Shown piece by piece: positions 18,401-24,245 of a stretch of DNA of 24,245 nt. The first letter of the stretch is position 1, and each line of letters begins with the position of its first letter. Origin of the DNA: a virus (taxonomy: Duplodnaviria > Caudoviricetes); the IMG/VR virus record IMGVR_UViG_3300017909_004100, positions 1 to 24,245 of that record; one strand, 5' to 3'. Under the pieces are notes generated by a model. The model was not told the DNA's origin, ran no database searches, and worked only from the letters and a program-made list of their open reading frames with translations. Both the position numbers and the translations under genes were made by a program.

Positions 18401-18410
18401 ACAAATATAA
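6417..18410 (+). CDS. gp7: Giant baseplate wedge initiator gp7-like structural protein, 3997 aa, multi-repeat, with a YHYH-like segment
   Basis: Position between gp6 and gp8; N-terminal QLPSFIREDFP..FLEQYY and FYKTKGT..SYKILFKALFG; HTSGFAKF later; many Gly-Tyr beta repeats. Confidence 0.85.
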   Translation: MTIDRVKFQDTVASQLPSFIREDFPLLSDFLEQYYVSQETQGATFDLLQNIDKYVNVDNLTNLVSNAELRDDIDSVDTDIVVEGNTNGFVDKNGLIKIGDEIIMYETKTNTTFQNCHRGFSGISAYTSNVPDRLKFEKSTIPEEHSDGDVIENLNVLFLQEFFKKLKSQISPGFDNRNLKTNQKNFIINSDSFYKTKGTDLSYKILFKALFGETVDIIRPSQFLFRPSDATYSVTQDIVVKKDIGDPLDLQSLTLFQDSSGARGTVTRAAQVQYGGGDYYQLSIDLGYDKDINTDGSLYGKFIPNPKTKILTQVAAGATIIDVDSTLSFPETGKLEILDVDNNVLSIAYTGKSVNQFLNVDPVANTLSKTTDVRLNEYAHAYVGIGTDEEIRVKITSTLKELKPENNNFNYEKNDTVNIQSFGIEDTSVNSSEWLNNTKSRYDVLSVAVTDELENKYSINTYDNHHLSPGYKVILSDNFGNNIDSEVTRITSKNSFVVKADDELNVDNIWKVENQILKTTSAEYNFLEKYIANVQDTYSNFGGEVVVASNSLPVYKNTSLEPYGKKIKFSGSASSEGTDIIDFETDHGFYTGDTVYYSHGRVVNTVTDPDGSTGTTVTINQFEGLDETVYYVRKHSDTAIKLSRSRSNLFQDKYVTFSGTVTDNEFCYFDFFQKPLEPQGIFRKFTKIVDEGTGEFTTLPGFNGMFINGVELLNYKSNDSIFFGPIKGLTVTGGGFGYDVVNPPRFVIRDTVGTGATGVVAVEGNLDRIDLIDSGFDFQNTPIVNISGGNPDRDAQAVVNLTNIIYEVEINTEVNGNINLSTNQIGFTSFHRFKQDERVIYNSNGLRGISGLSTNSSYFVNVVDNFNITLHNNTTDSRSGINTVDLTEYGLGVQSIKTAEKKSVVSSIVITDHGSGYKNKERKIVSTGISTATNSFEIKKHGYKTGEIIRYTAGSSAVSGIVDSKDYYVRKNSDDKFSLSEVGVGNTDPKYFFNRDIVVDIKSVGEGTFNYKPITVTVDGVTGIDSRSGQSFQCQVQPVFRGSIDSIDLTNEGIGYGSSEILNFNRQPDFLFEGGNSAQVEPVINNGKIVDIIINKPGNDYISPPNLVITGPGRFAKLTPSINDGKLTEVKILNSGIEYVTGQTQITVENPGSNATVEFDINEWNVNLFSRNFDKISNDDGFIEENISGDSLQYSHLYTPRNLRENTYVLLSGGEKFYGIPDLERINGLESDNTSHSPILGWAYDGSPIYGPYGYTNPDGGTIKQLKSGYELSVDSTNRPPISSFPEGFFVQDYSFTNVGDLDIHNGRFCVTPDYPNGVYAYFTTVNTITDGSGPFKSYKRPQFPYVIGNSFYARRNEFNYKKTSNQVDYDIQSDGWFRNTSTYNTNDKFSGYDYIFDSNKIKEQTINITGASLGSLSEVGIFTGGRDYQVNDTLVFEREQDGIENSAQAKVSHLEGKKIDTITVSSTEITNIEFAKSTINNQFIGFATQPHGLKDRDIVNINNLSSYYKNFDGNYQVGIRSDTFVVTLGIGTTGSTGITTYFYVSGALEYPFIRPNDILGIGTEKVKVLNVDSETERIRVLRAIDGTVGTAHSNRTLLREDSRKFTINVGSITTEKYFNINEEFYFDPSESVGVGTTSGNGVGTVVTFRNPGVGASSVFIPTQAIYYRNHGLKSNERVDYFTNSGTSLQVWNGFTRDAYADLTDYDTLYATPISKDLIGISSHKVGLSTLTSEYVGIATTSGLFYFNSVGSGDYHSFKTSRSNVLRGSANTSVVTVSTASTHGLLVDNNVRMTVKPNTEQVVDVRYNDYNRRIVFDPVGFTSDNVNTTSNSITVSNHDFTLGDKIIHTSDDSTGGLVDNKMYYIVPFDKNTIKLVAEKFEVTREEPSFVNLTSGGDGGTFSKINPLVTSRKNNRLKFDLSDSSLSFLSNGVSYPAFKMRIYLDQKFNKEFVTTGKKEDNSFEVTTSGTVGITSTANLTIELSDYVSSKLYYKFDPINKDFNFVSKTGIVIDEDSSSPFNQINVELSKFDGEHRVSGVGSTTFSYQLLKDPETTLYTKSNSASSYITDSTVAYGGIGKINLIYPGVNYSRIPKITNVISGIGTNAILDSKSTNIGNIVGHKFNSENIGFDYPTDETLRPVANLPEILEVKSLNSFESIGISSFGRNYLTSPKLVVIDGYTNKVLPEVDLHYDLGDTEVTILNNTTGMYEIKPTIIPTQNTNGVGISTISFDNSTKIVRLYLDQSFSTAREFPFVVGEKILVENVNIGTGSSGVGYNSVDHDYTLFPVTTVFPQLGGSGAYIEYSLFNVLESGEVPGTVQAGTAGRAIPEIHFPIFDISLKTNDFFVGETVTSGEFNELTGVVEDWRSEFEQLRVKSPKEFSVGSVIKGESSNTQAIVVTKFDFNAEITTGVGATVIRGWQNDIGFLNNNLQVIPNNEYYQKFSYSLSSKIPYQDWNGPVSDLNHTSGFAKFADYQLESKETGGGDAIVRPVDSNVEIIVDIIGEGDLNCVYDFDFVSEGTQFVNGELVSDEIFFENQLLTDYFQSIGNRVISIDDISGYFNSNERAERFTTISSYETNFTFNKVLTFTRDNVYTDERQFSIVNVLQDGISGYVNEYATLHTYPSLGFYDFLIGGDGWNLTFNPVKFEFNSYDVSSVAISLLDGVSGIGSTTIGDIVDITSSQTTIAGAETTIASFPTSNRAAKILTMVKSVSGITSGEYHAVEMNVIHDGTDVYNVEYGDVHSSPTSYSSGSLGTYRSFIDSGLVKINFIPDSPTTHEAQTSLSVFSGIGSTAGNTSMSVSQLKSTYTEIASSGSPSAVAISTYVDPFSASYNVVVVTDTTNNNYEIFECVICNSSTNETITDYANVITGPTTLGSVGVDTSSNVTLTYTPIASADIEVRTFGIDLKIFDSNTDTAEIDHNNVVISSKSGGYTGTKQSLLTQFGLKHDGINIFQRDFDGSDSDIVNTTNGTISIPNHFFVTGEKVLYTHAGTGTTMAVGIETTTISGIGTTDKLPNELFVIKIDDARLKFADTAEKANKLIAEPLLINSVGIGNSHVITATNQNAKTLVAVDNRIQAPVTGTAVTTNLDQDIVFETVFDVTGITSFASQDIIKIGDEYIILTDVGIAGSTRFGCRRAQLGSTREDHSSGSLITKISGNYNIVGNDINFASAPYGNTPLSTTATSDPDSRDWTGIATSSSFQGRTFMRRSPVNSPNETYSNNIVFDYVSHEFNGINTTFTLKYEGSDTVGYSTDNGIILINNVFQGPQGAVAGDGTYNIQEFAGVSTVRFTGVGVSNGHDPNDSDIPLGGLIVSAGSVSGFGYQPLVSAGGTVTVSAAGTITAVSIANSGSGYRAGIQTVVNVGVQTDGEPSLHFIGTAAISGGNIVSVAITNPGTGYTGTNLPEVVFDDPLPYFNIPVQYSSSSVIGAGKSATVNIVVGQGSSVIDFEFRYSGYAYGEGEILTVPIGGTTGIPTDTSVTFEEFQITVDKIFTDDFNGWSVGQLQVLDKFDDLFDGSTKDFRLNLNSEAISIQAAVGSKVEVDQTLLIFINDVLQEPGKGYVFTGGSTVEFSEPPKIGDTSKVIFYKGSGDVDVVFTNVIETVKVGDTLDIDNLPPGQGTIFNQDVRTVTGINTLDSVKTNVYPGPGVTSDRSVLRPVTWCKQKVDKIINGKVVGKDRISYEPQIYPTSYLIQPVGLGSTEVYVDSLRPLFDSNNESQVRDFQDSITITSQDNIVGASGTAIVSIAGTISSISITNAGLGYTIAPSVTIGSTLGVTTIATATASITSGVVTSVTITNGGGYYDQPPVVIFEEPKVSKETINVSSYSGDYGTIIGFTTSKSGSQNKMIFDLLIPEGSFLREAGYVGSAVTISSLDAGDFLTIYNTNIDVGVALTTQDSSGNTLSVASTFSDAVYQVVSASTVSFGSTYVRRIETNVSDLGTVSFGSTTTGNFSWGKIMFETRTDAREFQSYLGMGYTGISTSGIVQRTNPLKFVNYIQI
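18171..18251 (+). repeat. Direct repeat ACCGTAAGTTTCGGTTC(A/G)ACA, two copies 60 nt apart
   Basis: 18171-18191 and 18231-18251, 20/21 identical; both encode TVSFGST. Confidence 0.85.
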
Positions 18411-18424
18411 TACCCTAAAACTGC

Positions 18425-18432
18425 AATAAATA
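18425..18432 (+). promoter_or_regulatory. Late (gp55-type) promoter AATAAATA
   Basis: Matches NATAAATA in the gp7-gp8 intergenic gap, 19 nt before ATG18452. Confidence 0.7.
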
Positions 18433-18451
18433 ACAAAAAAGTCCAAATAAA

Positions 18452-20011
18452 ATGGCAGCGATAATCACTGATCAACTTCGTATTTTAAATGCTAAGAACT
18501 TTGTGGCGGGTGTCCAATCCTCCACAAATTCTTATTATGCATTTATTGGACTCCCAAACGCGACCAATTATCAAAGTGACTGGGATACCAATCCACCTTC
18601 ACCAAGAGACAGTCTCAATGAGTCTAATGACTATTACGATACGATGTTGGCAATGAAGAAAATTGGTTCTTCTGATGTTAGTCAAGTAGTTAGAAAGAAT
18701 AATTGGTCATCAGGTACTACCTATGACATGTGGAGAAATGATATCAGTATAGATAAACAATCTTTACCATCTGGAGTTTCTGACATTTATGATGCAAACT
18801 ACTATGTGATGAACTCTGACTTTAGAGTTTATATTTGTCTTTTTAATAATGCAAATCCTGAGAATAATTTTCAAGGTGGGCCATCTCTTGATGAACCTAC
18901 ATTCACAGACTTAGAACCAAGATCTGCTGGTTCGAGTGGTGACGGATATATCTGGAAATACCTCTATACAATCAAACCAAGTCAAGCAATTAAATTTGAC
19001 TCTACAGAATACATCCCAGTGCCATCAGATTGGTATGATACTACTGGTGATAATGTTGCTGTAAGACAAAATGCTTCCACAAGTGGTCAACTTAAGATTG
19101 TAACTATCAGAAATCGTGGTGTTGGACTTGGAACAGCTAATGTAACTTATACAAGAGTACCAATTGTTGGTGATGGTACTGGAGCAGAAGCTACTGTAGT
19201 TGTAAATAACGATTCAAAGGTTGAATCTGTTACTGTTTCATCTGGTGGTTCAGGTTATACCTTTGGAACTCTTGACATCGAATCTGGTGGTCTCCCAGCT
19301 GGAACTACATCACCAGTTTTTAATGTTATCATTCCACCAAACGGGGGACATGGTTATGACATTTATAGAGAACTAGGTGCATTTAGTGTTTTAACATATG
19401 CTAGATTTGAAAATGACACCAGTAATCCAGATTTTATTGTTGGAAACCAATTCTCAAGAGTTGGATTGGTTGAAAATCCACAAGCATATAATTCTTCCAC
19501 TATTTTAAACCTTGATAAAGTTAGTGCGGTCACTGCTTTAAAACTCACTGGTGTTGGTTATAGTTCAGCTTCCTTTACGGCTGACTCATACATCACCCAA
19601 ACTGTTGGATTAGGATCAACAGCTGTTGGTAGAGTAGTTTCCTATGATCAAACCACTGGAGTTCTTAAATTGTGGCAAGATAGAACCACAGCAGGTTTTA
19701 ACAGTGACGGTTCTTTGAATTCAAGTCCAGTCTATGGATTTACTGCTAACAGATTCACATCTGACATCGGTGCAAATGGTTCTTTTAACATCGTAGGTGG
19801 CTCAGTCACTCTCGGGATTGAAACTACTTTTACAGGTATATCCACGGTAATAAATAATAGGACATATTACTTGGGTCAAAGTTTCACGTCTGGTGTCGCA
19901 CAACCAGAAGTGAACAAATATTCTGGAAATACCATCTATGTTGATAATAGACCTTCTGTCACAAGGTCCTCATCCCAGAAAGAAGACGTAAAGATCATCT
20001 TGCAATTCTAA
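18452..20011 (+). CDS. gp8: Baseplate wedge subunit gp8
   Basis: MAAIITDQLRILNAKNF, YYVMNSDFRVYICL, DGYIWKYLYTI and C-terminal YSG..IYVDNR...R...QKEDVKIILQF are T4 gp8-family hallmarks. Confidence 0.92.
   Translation: MAAIITDQLRILNAKNFVAGVQSSTNSYYAFIGLPNATNYQSDWDTNPPSPRDSLNESNDYYDTMLAMKKIGSSDVSQVVRKNNWSSGTTYDMWRNDISIDKQSLPSGVSDIYDANYYVMNSDFRVYICLFNNANPENNFQGGPSLDEPTFTDLEPRSAGSSGDGYIWKYLYTIKPSQAIKFDSTEYIPVPSDWYDTTGDNVAVRQNASTSGQLKIVTIRNRGVGLGTANVTYTRVPIVGDGTGAEATVVVNNDSKVESVTVSSGGSGYTFGTLDIESGGLPAGTTSPVFNVIIPPNGGHGYDIYRELGAFSVLTYARFENDTSNPDFIVGNQFSRVGLVENPQAYNSSTILNLDKVSAVTALKLTGVGYSSASFTADSYITQTVGLGSTAVGRVVSYDQTTGVLKLWQDRTTAGFNSDGSLNSSPVYGFTANRFTSDIGANGSFNIVGGSVTLGIETTFTGISTVINNRTYYLGQSFTSGVAQPEVNKYSGNTIYVDNRPSVTRSSSQKEDVKIILQF
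19849..19856 (+). promoter_or_regulatory. Possible internal late promoter AATAAATA for the downstream structural gene
   Basis: Consensus match inside the 3' end of gp8, about 165 nt upstream of ATG20021; could be chance in AT-rich DNA. Confidence 0.35.
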
Positions 20012-20020
20012 TAAGAAATC

Positions 20021-23000
20021 ATGCCACAGGAAACTAACCTCAACGTTGCTCCTTATTTTGACGACTTTGATCCGCAGAGTAACTATTATAAAGTTCTTTT
20101 CAAGCCAGCATATCCAGTCCAGGCAAGAGAGTTAAATAACCTCCAATCCATTCTTCAAAACCAAATTGAAGAGATGGGGACTCACTTCTTTAGAGAAGGT
20201 GCTAAGATTATTCCTGGTCAGTTAAATTATCTGCCCAAATTCTATGGAATTCAGATTGATTCTGAATTTTTAGGTATTCCTGTCGATCTTTACCTTGATC
20301 AGTTGGTTGGTAAGAAAATTACTGGTGCAACTTCTGGGGTAACCGCTAAAGTAGTTACATATATTACTGACAAAGAGTCTGAAAGAGGTGTTTTTACGTT
20401 ATATGTTGATTATTATGAGTCAAGTTCATCTAATAATTCTTCTCAAACTTTTTCAGATAGTGAAATTCTTTTAACTGCTGATAATATCACTTTCGCTTCG
20501 ACATTTATTGCATCTGGTGAAGGTTTTGCTAGATCTTTAACTCAAAATTCTAATGTTGTTGGTTCCGCCTTCGCTTTAGGCACGGGTGTTTACTTCCTCA
20601 GAGGGTTTTTTGTCGATGTTGAAGATCAAATCCTCATTCTTGATCAATATGATAATAAACCCAACTATAGAGTTGGTTTAAACGTCACTGAGAGTCTGAT
20701 TTCTTCTGATGTTGACTCATCACTAAATGATAATGCTAGAAATTTTACCAATTTCACTGCTCCTGGAGCTGATAGACTTGAAATTACTGCATTTTTAGCC
20801 AAAAAAGACAGAACTGACTTCAATGACCAGAATTTTGTCCAATTAGCTGAAGTCAGTAATGGTATTCTAAGAGAAACTAACACTGCAACGGATTATAACA
20901 TCCTCGCAGATGAATTAGCATCGAGAACCTTTGATGAATCAGGTCATTATTATGTAAAAGAGTTTGTAACGACTGTAAAGGAGAGTTTAAACAACGGATT
21001 CGGAAACAGAGGTGTTTATAATCAGAATCAAACCACTACAAGTGGAAAAACACCTTCTGAAGACCTTATGGTCTACAAAATTGGAGCTGGAAAGGCATAT
21101 GTTAGGGGATATCCTGTTGAAACTTTAGCTCCAACGTTCTTGGACACTCCAAAAGCAAGAACAACTAGAAATCTCAAAAATCAAGCTGTTAGTTTTGGTT
21201 TTGGACCAACATTTACGGTCAATAACGTCTCAGGATCACCAACAATTGGATTTGATAACACAAATACCTTAAGTTTAAGAAGTCAAAGAGTTGGATCTGC
21301 CAGAACAGATCTTGCTGGTAATGAAATTGGTGTTGCCAGAGTTTATGACTTTTCTCTAGAGAGTGGTTCTTATGATGCTACTAATAAAAATACCAATGAG
21401 TGGAATTTGGCACTTTATGATGTCCAAACATATACCGATTTAACGATCAATGAAGAAATTGATCTCACCACTCCAACATTTGTTGAAGGTAGTTCTAGTG
21501 GAGCCACTGGTTTCCTTAGATTTGATGTTAACACTGGAACAGCAGCTACTGTTTATGATGTTAAAGGGCAATTCTCAGTTGGTGAAAGATTGACTTTTGA
21601 CGGTTTAGATTCGACAAATAGAACCGTCACTAATATTACAAATTTTGAAACTTCAGATGTTCAGTCAGTTTATGGTGTTGTTGGTAGTGCTGGGACATTC
21701 ACGGCTGATTTAATTCCAACTGATGTTTTTAGTATCGGTATCGCATCTATTACCAAGGGTCATGTGGAAAGTGGTGTTTCGACAATAACCACTCCATCAA
21801 TTTCTTTCCCTGGTATTGTAACTACTGGTAACTTACTTAAATATTCTGATTCAAATTTAACTTTACCAACTCTTCTAAGAGTAACTAGTGTAAATACGAA
21901 TTCTTTAAATGTTGTTGGTGTTGAAACTGTTACTACTTTTATTGATGGTGGTGTTCCAGATCGTGATATCGCTGTCACAGATTTAAGAGTGGTTGAGTCT
22001 CAAACAACTCCCACCTCAAGAAATGATAACTTGGCAGATAATGAGTCTTTATTCTCAATCTTCCCAAGAAAATTAATTTCCAATGTAGATCTTACAGAAT
22101 CTAATTTAGTAATCAGAAAACAGTTTGATGTAACAGTTACTGACGGATCCACTGGAACTATCAATGCTGGTACTGATGAGGTATTCTTATCTTTTGATGA
22201 AGAAAGATATAGTTTAATTAATGATGCTGGAGAGATAGAAGTTCTTACAGCTGATAAATTTACATTTGCCGTTGGTAACACTCAATTGACACTTAGTGGT
22301 ATTGCCAATAATGGTAACTTCAAATTAATTACAACACTTAGTAAAAGTAATATTACTCCAAAAATTAAGACTAAGAATCAGGCAAAAAATATTGTCATAA
22401 GAAATTCAAACAATTCTGGTTCTGGTATTGGATTGACTACTCTTAATGATGGTTTGACATATGGCACCTATCCATATGGAACTAGAGTTCAGGATAAAAT
22501 AATTTCTCTTAATGAACCAGATGTCATTTATATCTATGGTATCTTTGCTGGTGATGGTTCGGATTCGGATCCAGAATCCCCCTCAATGACCGTTGGTAGT
22601 ATGGATGGTCCGACGAGCACCACAAATGATCTAATTTTTGGTGAAGAAATTATTGGATCGATAAGTGGAGCAAGAGCAATTTATGTTGATAAGAAATCAG
22701 ATACTTCTGTTAATTTTGTCTATGAAAATCTCACTACATTTAAACCCAATGAAGTAATCAATTTCCAAAAATCTGGAGTCAGTGCTATTGCTTCAAATGT
22801 TGTTCTTGGTAGTAAAAATGTAACCCAAGACTTTGATTTCCTTACGGGTCAAAGAAAGTCAATCTATGATTATTCTAGAATCAGAAGAAGAGATGGTGTA
22901 GGTGTTCCTAACTCTAGATTAAGGGTTTACTTCGTATCATCATCTTATAATACCTCTGACACTGGTGATATCACAGTATGTAATTCATATAGAGATTTTG

Positions 23001-24245
23001 ATTATGGTAGAGAAATTAACAAAATTTCAAATATTAGACTCACTGATATAATTGATGGTCGTCCCAGAGTTTCATCTTTCTCTGTAGACACTACAAATAC
23101 TAGGTCACCATTGGAATTTTTCGGTAGAACTTTTAATGGAGGTCAACATAGTTCTAAAGATGTTCTTGCCTCTGATGAATCGATTACAATAGATTATAAT
23201 TATTACTTACCAAGAGTTGATAGAATCTTCCTTGATAAGAATGGTGTTTTCCAAGTTAAGAAAGGTGCCCCATCTGACAATCCTGTGTCACCAAAGGGTA
23301 TTGATGGAGCAATGAATATTGCTGATTGTTTTGTTCCAGCCTATACTTTCCAGGCTAAACATGTAAGAACTACCTTTATCAATCATAAGAGATATCAAAT
23401 GACTGATATCTCTAAACTGGAACAAAGAATCAAAAATCTTGAGTATTATACTTCACTGAATCAATTAGAAACAAGAACTATCAATCAGTTTATTCCAGAT
23501 GCTAATGGTCTGAATAGATTTAGATCTGGTATCTTTGTTGATAATTTCACAAGTCTAAATTCTCAGAATACCAGTATTGGTATTAAAAATTCTATTGATA
23601 GAAAACATGGTACTTTAAGACCTTCTCACTACACAACTTCAGTGAATATGGTTGTTGGTAATACAACCATTGCTGGTATTGGAACGACAACAACCGCTAA
23701 TCAAGATAGTAGATTTGCTGACATTCTTGGAACTGGAGTAAGAAGATCTGGTCAAATGATCACTCTTGATTACACAGAAACAGAACAACCCTGGTTACAA
23801 CAAGGTTTTGCTACAAGATCTGAAAGTGTCACTCCTTTCCTTGTGCGTTTTTGGCAGGGTAATATTTCCTTTGAACCAACTGTTGATGTTTGGATTGATG
23901 TCAATCAGATGGAAGTTAGAGATGTTCTGATGGAAGGTTCATTCCAGGGTGTTGCTGAAGCTATTCAGGCTGATATAACAACTGCTGCCGATGGATCAAG
24001 ATCTGGTGTTGCACCAGTTATTTGGAAAGCATGGGAAACCACAGGTGTTAATGTTTCACTCGATTTGAACAAGGAACTTCATCAAGATTTTAACAGCACA
24101 TGGAGATCTGGTACAGCCGATGAATTCCGTGAACTGTTTGATTCTACTCCTGAAGCCATTGAAGCCCACCTTGCAAGAAATAATGGAAATGCTCCACCGG
24201 GATTCCGTGTTCAAGAAGAAACTACAGATACAAGTATTAAACTTA
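20021..24245 (+). CDS. Large virion structural protein, VrlC/DUF4815-like (at least 1408 aa, truncated by window end); not in ORF track
   Basis: Starts MPQETNLNVAPYFDDFD...YYKVLFKP..PVQARELNNLQSILQNQI; later RYQMTDISKLEQRIKNLEYYTSL and RFRSGIFVDNF; same frame still open at the window end (…QEETTDTSIKL). Confidence 0.88.
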   Translation, partial: MPQETNLNVAPYFDDFDPQSNYYKVLFKPAYPVQARELNNLQSILQNQIEEMGTHFFREGAKIIPGQLNYLPKFYGIQIDSEFLGIPVDLYLDQLVGKKITGATSGVTAKVVTYITDKESERGVFTLYVDYYESSSSNNSSQTFSDSEILLTADNITFASTFIASGEGFARSLTQNSNVVGSAFALGTGVYFLRGFFVDVEDQILILDQYDNKPNYRVGLNVTESLISSDVDSSLNDNARNFTNFTAPGADRLEITAFLAKKDRTDFNDQNFVQLAEVSNGILRETNTATDYNILADELASRTFDESGHYYVKEFVTTVKESLNNGFGNRGVYNQNQTTTSGKTPSEDLMVYKIGAGKAYVRGYPVETLAPTFLDTPKARTTRNLKNQAVSFGFGPTFTVNNVSGSPTIGFDNTNTLSLRSQRVGSARTDLAGNEIGVARVYDFSLESGSYDATNKNTNEWNLALYDVQTYTDLTINEEIDLTTPTFVEGSSSGATGFLRFDVNTGTAATVYDVKGQFSVGERLTFDGLDSTNRTVTNITNFETSDVQSVYGVVGSAGTFTADLIPTDVFSIGIASITKGHVESGVSTITTPSISFPGIVTTGNLLKYSDSNLTLPTLLRVTSVNTNSLNVVGVETVTTFIDGGVPDRDIAVTDLRVVESQTTPTSRNDNLADNESLFSIFPRKLISNVDLTESNLVIRKQFDVTVTDGSTGTINAGTDEVFLSFDEERYSLINDAGEIEVLTADKFTFAVGNTQLTLSGIANNGNFKLITTLSKSNITPKIKTKNQAKNIVIRNSNNSGSGIGLTTLNDGLTYGTYPYGTRVQDKIISLNEPDVIYIYGIFAGDGSDSDPESPSMTVGSMDGPTSTTNDLIFGEEIIGSISGARAIYVDKKSDTSVNFVYENLTTFKPNEVINFQKSGVSAIASNVVLGSKNVTQDFDFLTGQRKSIYDYSRIRRRDGVGVPNSRLRVYFVSSSYNTSDTGDITVCNSYRDFDYGREINKISNIRLTDIIDGRPRVSSFSVDTTNTRSPLEFFGRTFNGGQHSSKDVLASDESITIDYNYYLPRVDRIFLDKNGVFQVKKGAPSDNPVSPKGIDGAMNIADCFVPAYTFQAKHVRTTFINHKRYQMTDISKLEQRIKNLEYYTSLNQLETRTINQFIPDANGLNRFRSGIFVDNFTSLNSQNTSIGIKNSIDRKHGTLRPSHYTTSVNMVVGNTTIAGIGTTTTANQDSRFADILGTGVRRSGQMITLDYTETEQPWLQQGFATRSESVTPFLVRFWQGNISFEPTVDVWIDVNQMEVRDVLMEGSFQGVAEAIQADITTAADGSRSGVAPVIWKAWETTGVNVSLDLNKELHQDFNSTWRSGTADEFRELFDSTPEAIEAHLARNNGNAPPGFRVQEETTDTSIKL

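Noticed and set aside
4439-22281. Numerous 60-93 aa ORFs inside gp6, gp7, gp8 and the VrlC-like gene
   Set aside because: Shadow ORFs expected from codon bias in long genes; no RBS, promoter or recognisable motif.
6417-24245. Inteins, introns or homing endonucleases explaining the very long structural genes
   Set aside because: No intein splice-junction, LAGLIDADG, HNH or GIY-YIG motifs noticed; reading frames appear continuous.

Overview
This window looks like part of a T4-like marine cyanomyovirus (Kyanoviridae-like) genome. All credible genes are on the + strand. Positions 1-807 are the end of a cluster of small hypothetical genes. Positions ~808-1700 are a mostly non-coding control region. 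It contains an 86% AT inverted-repeat block next to four DnaA-box-like 9-mers (one perfect cyanobacterial TTTTCCACA, one perfect TTATCCACA), back-to-back sigma70-type promoters (one firing leftwards through the boxes with no credible ORF), a 41-codon ORF with a structured, possibly pseudoknotted 3' region and terminator, and a third promoter driving a leader with a C10 tract. Next come a hypothetical gene, a GT-A/GT2-like glycosyltransferase with a small basic protein (consensus promoter, UUCG terminator) and two further hypotheticals. The late baseplate module follows: gp25, gp6 (with a Ser/Thr-rich tail), a 3997-aa gp7, gp8, and a VrlC/DUF4815-like structural protein running off the window end. 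The most notable candidates are an oriC-like/DnaA-binding locus in a T4-like phage and a possible virion-glycosylation system. Both are inferences; no searches were run.
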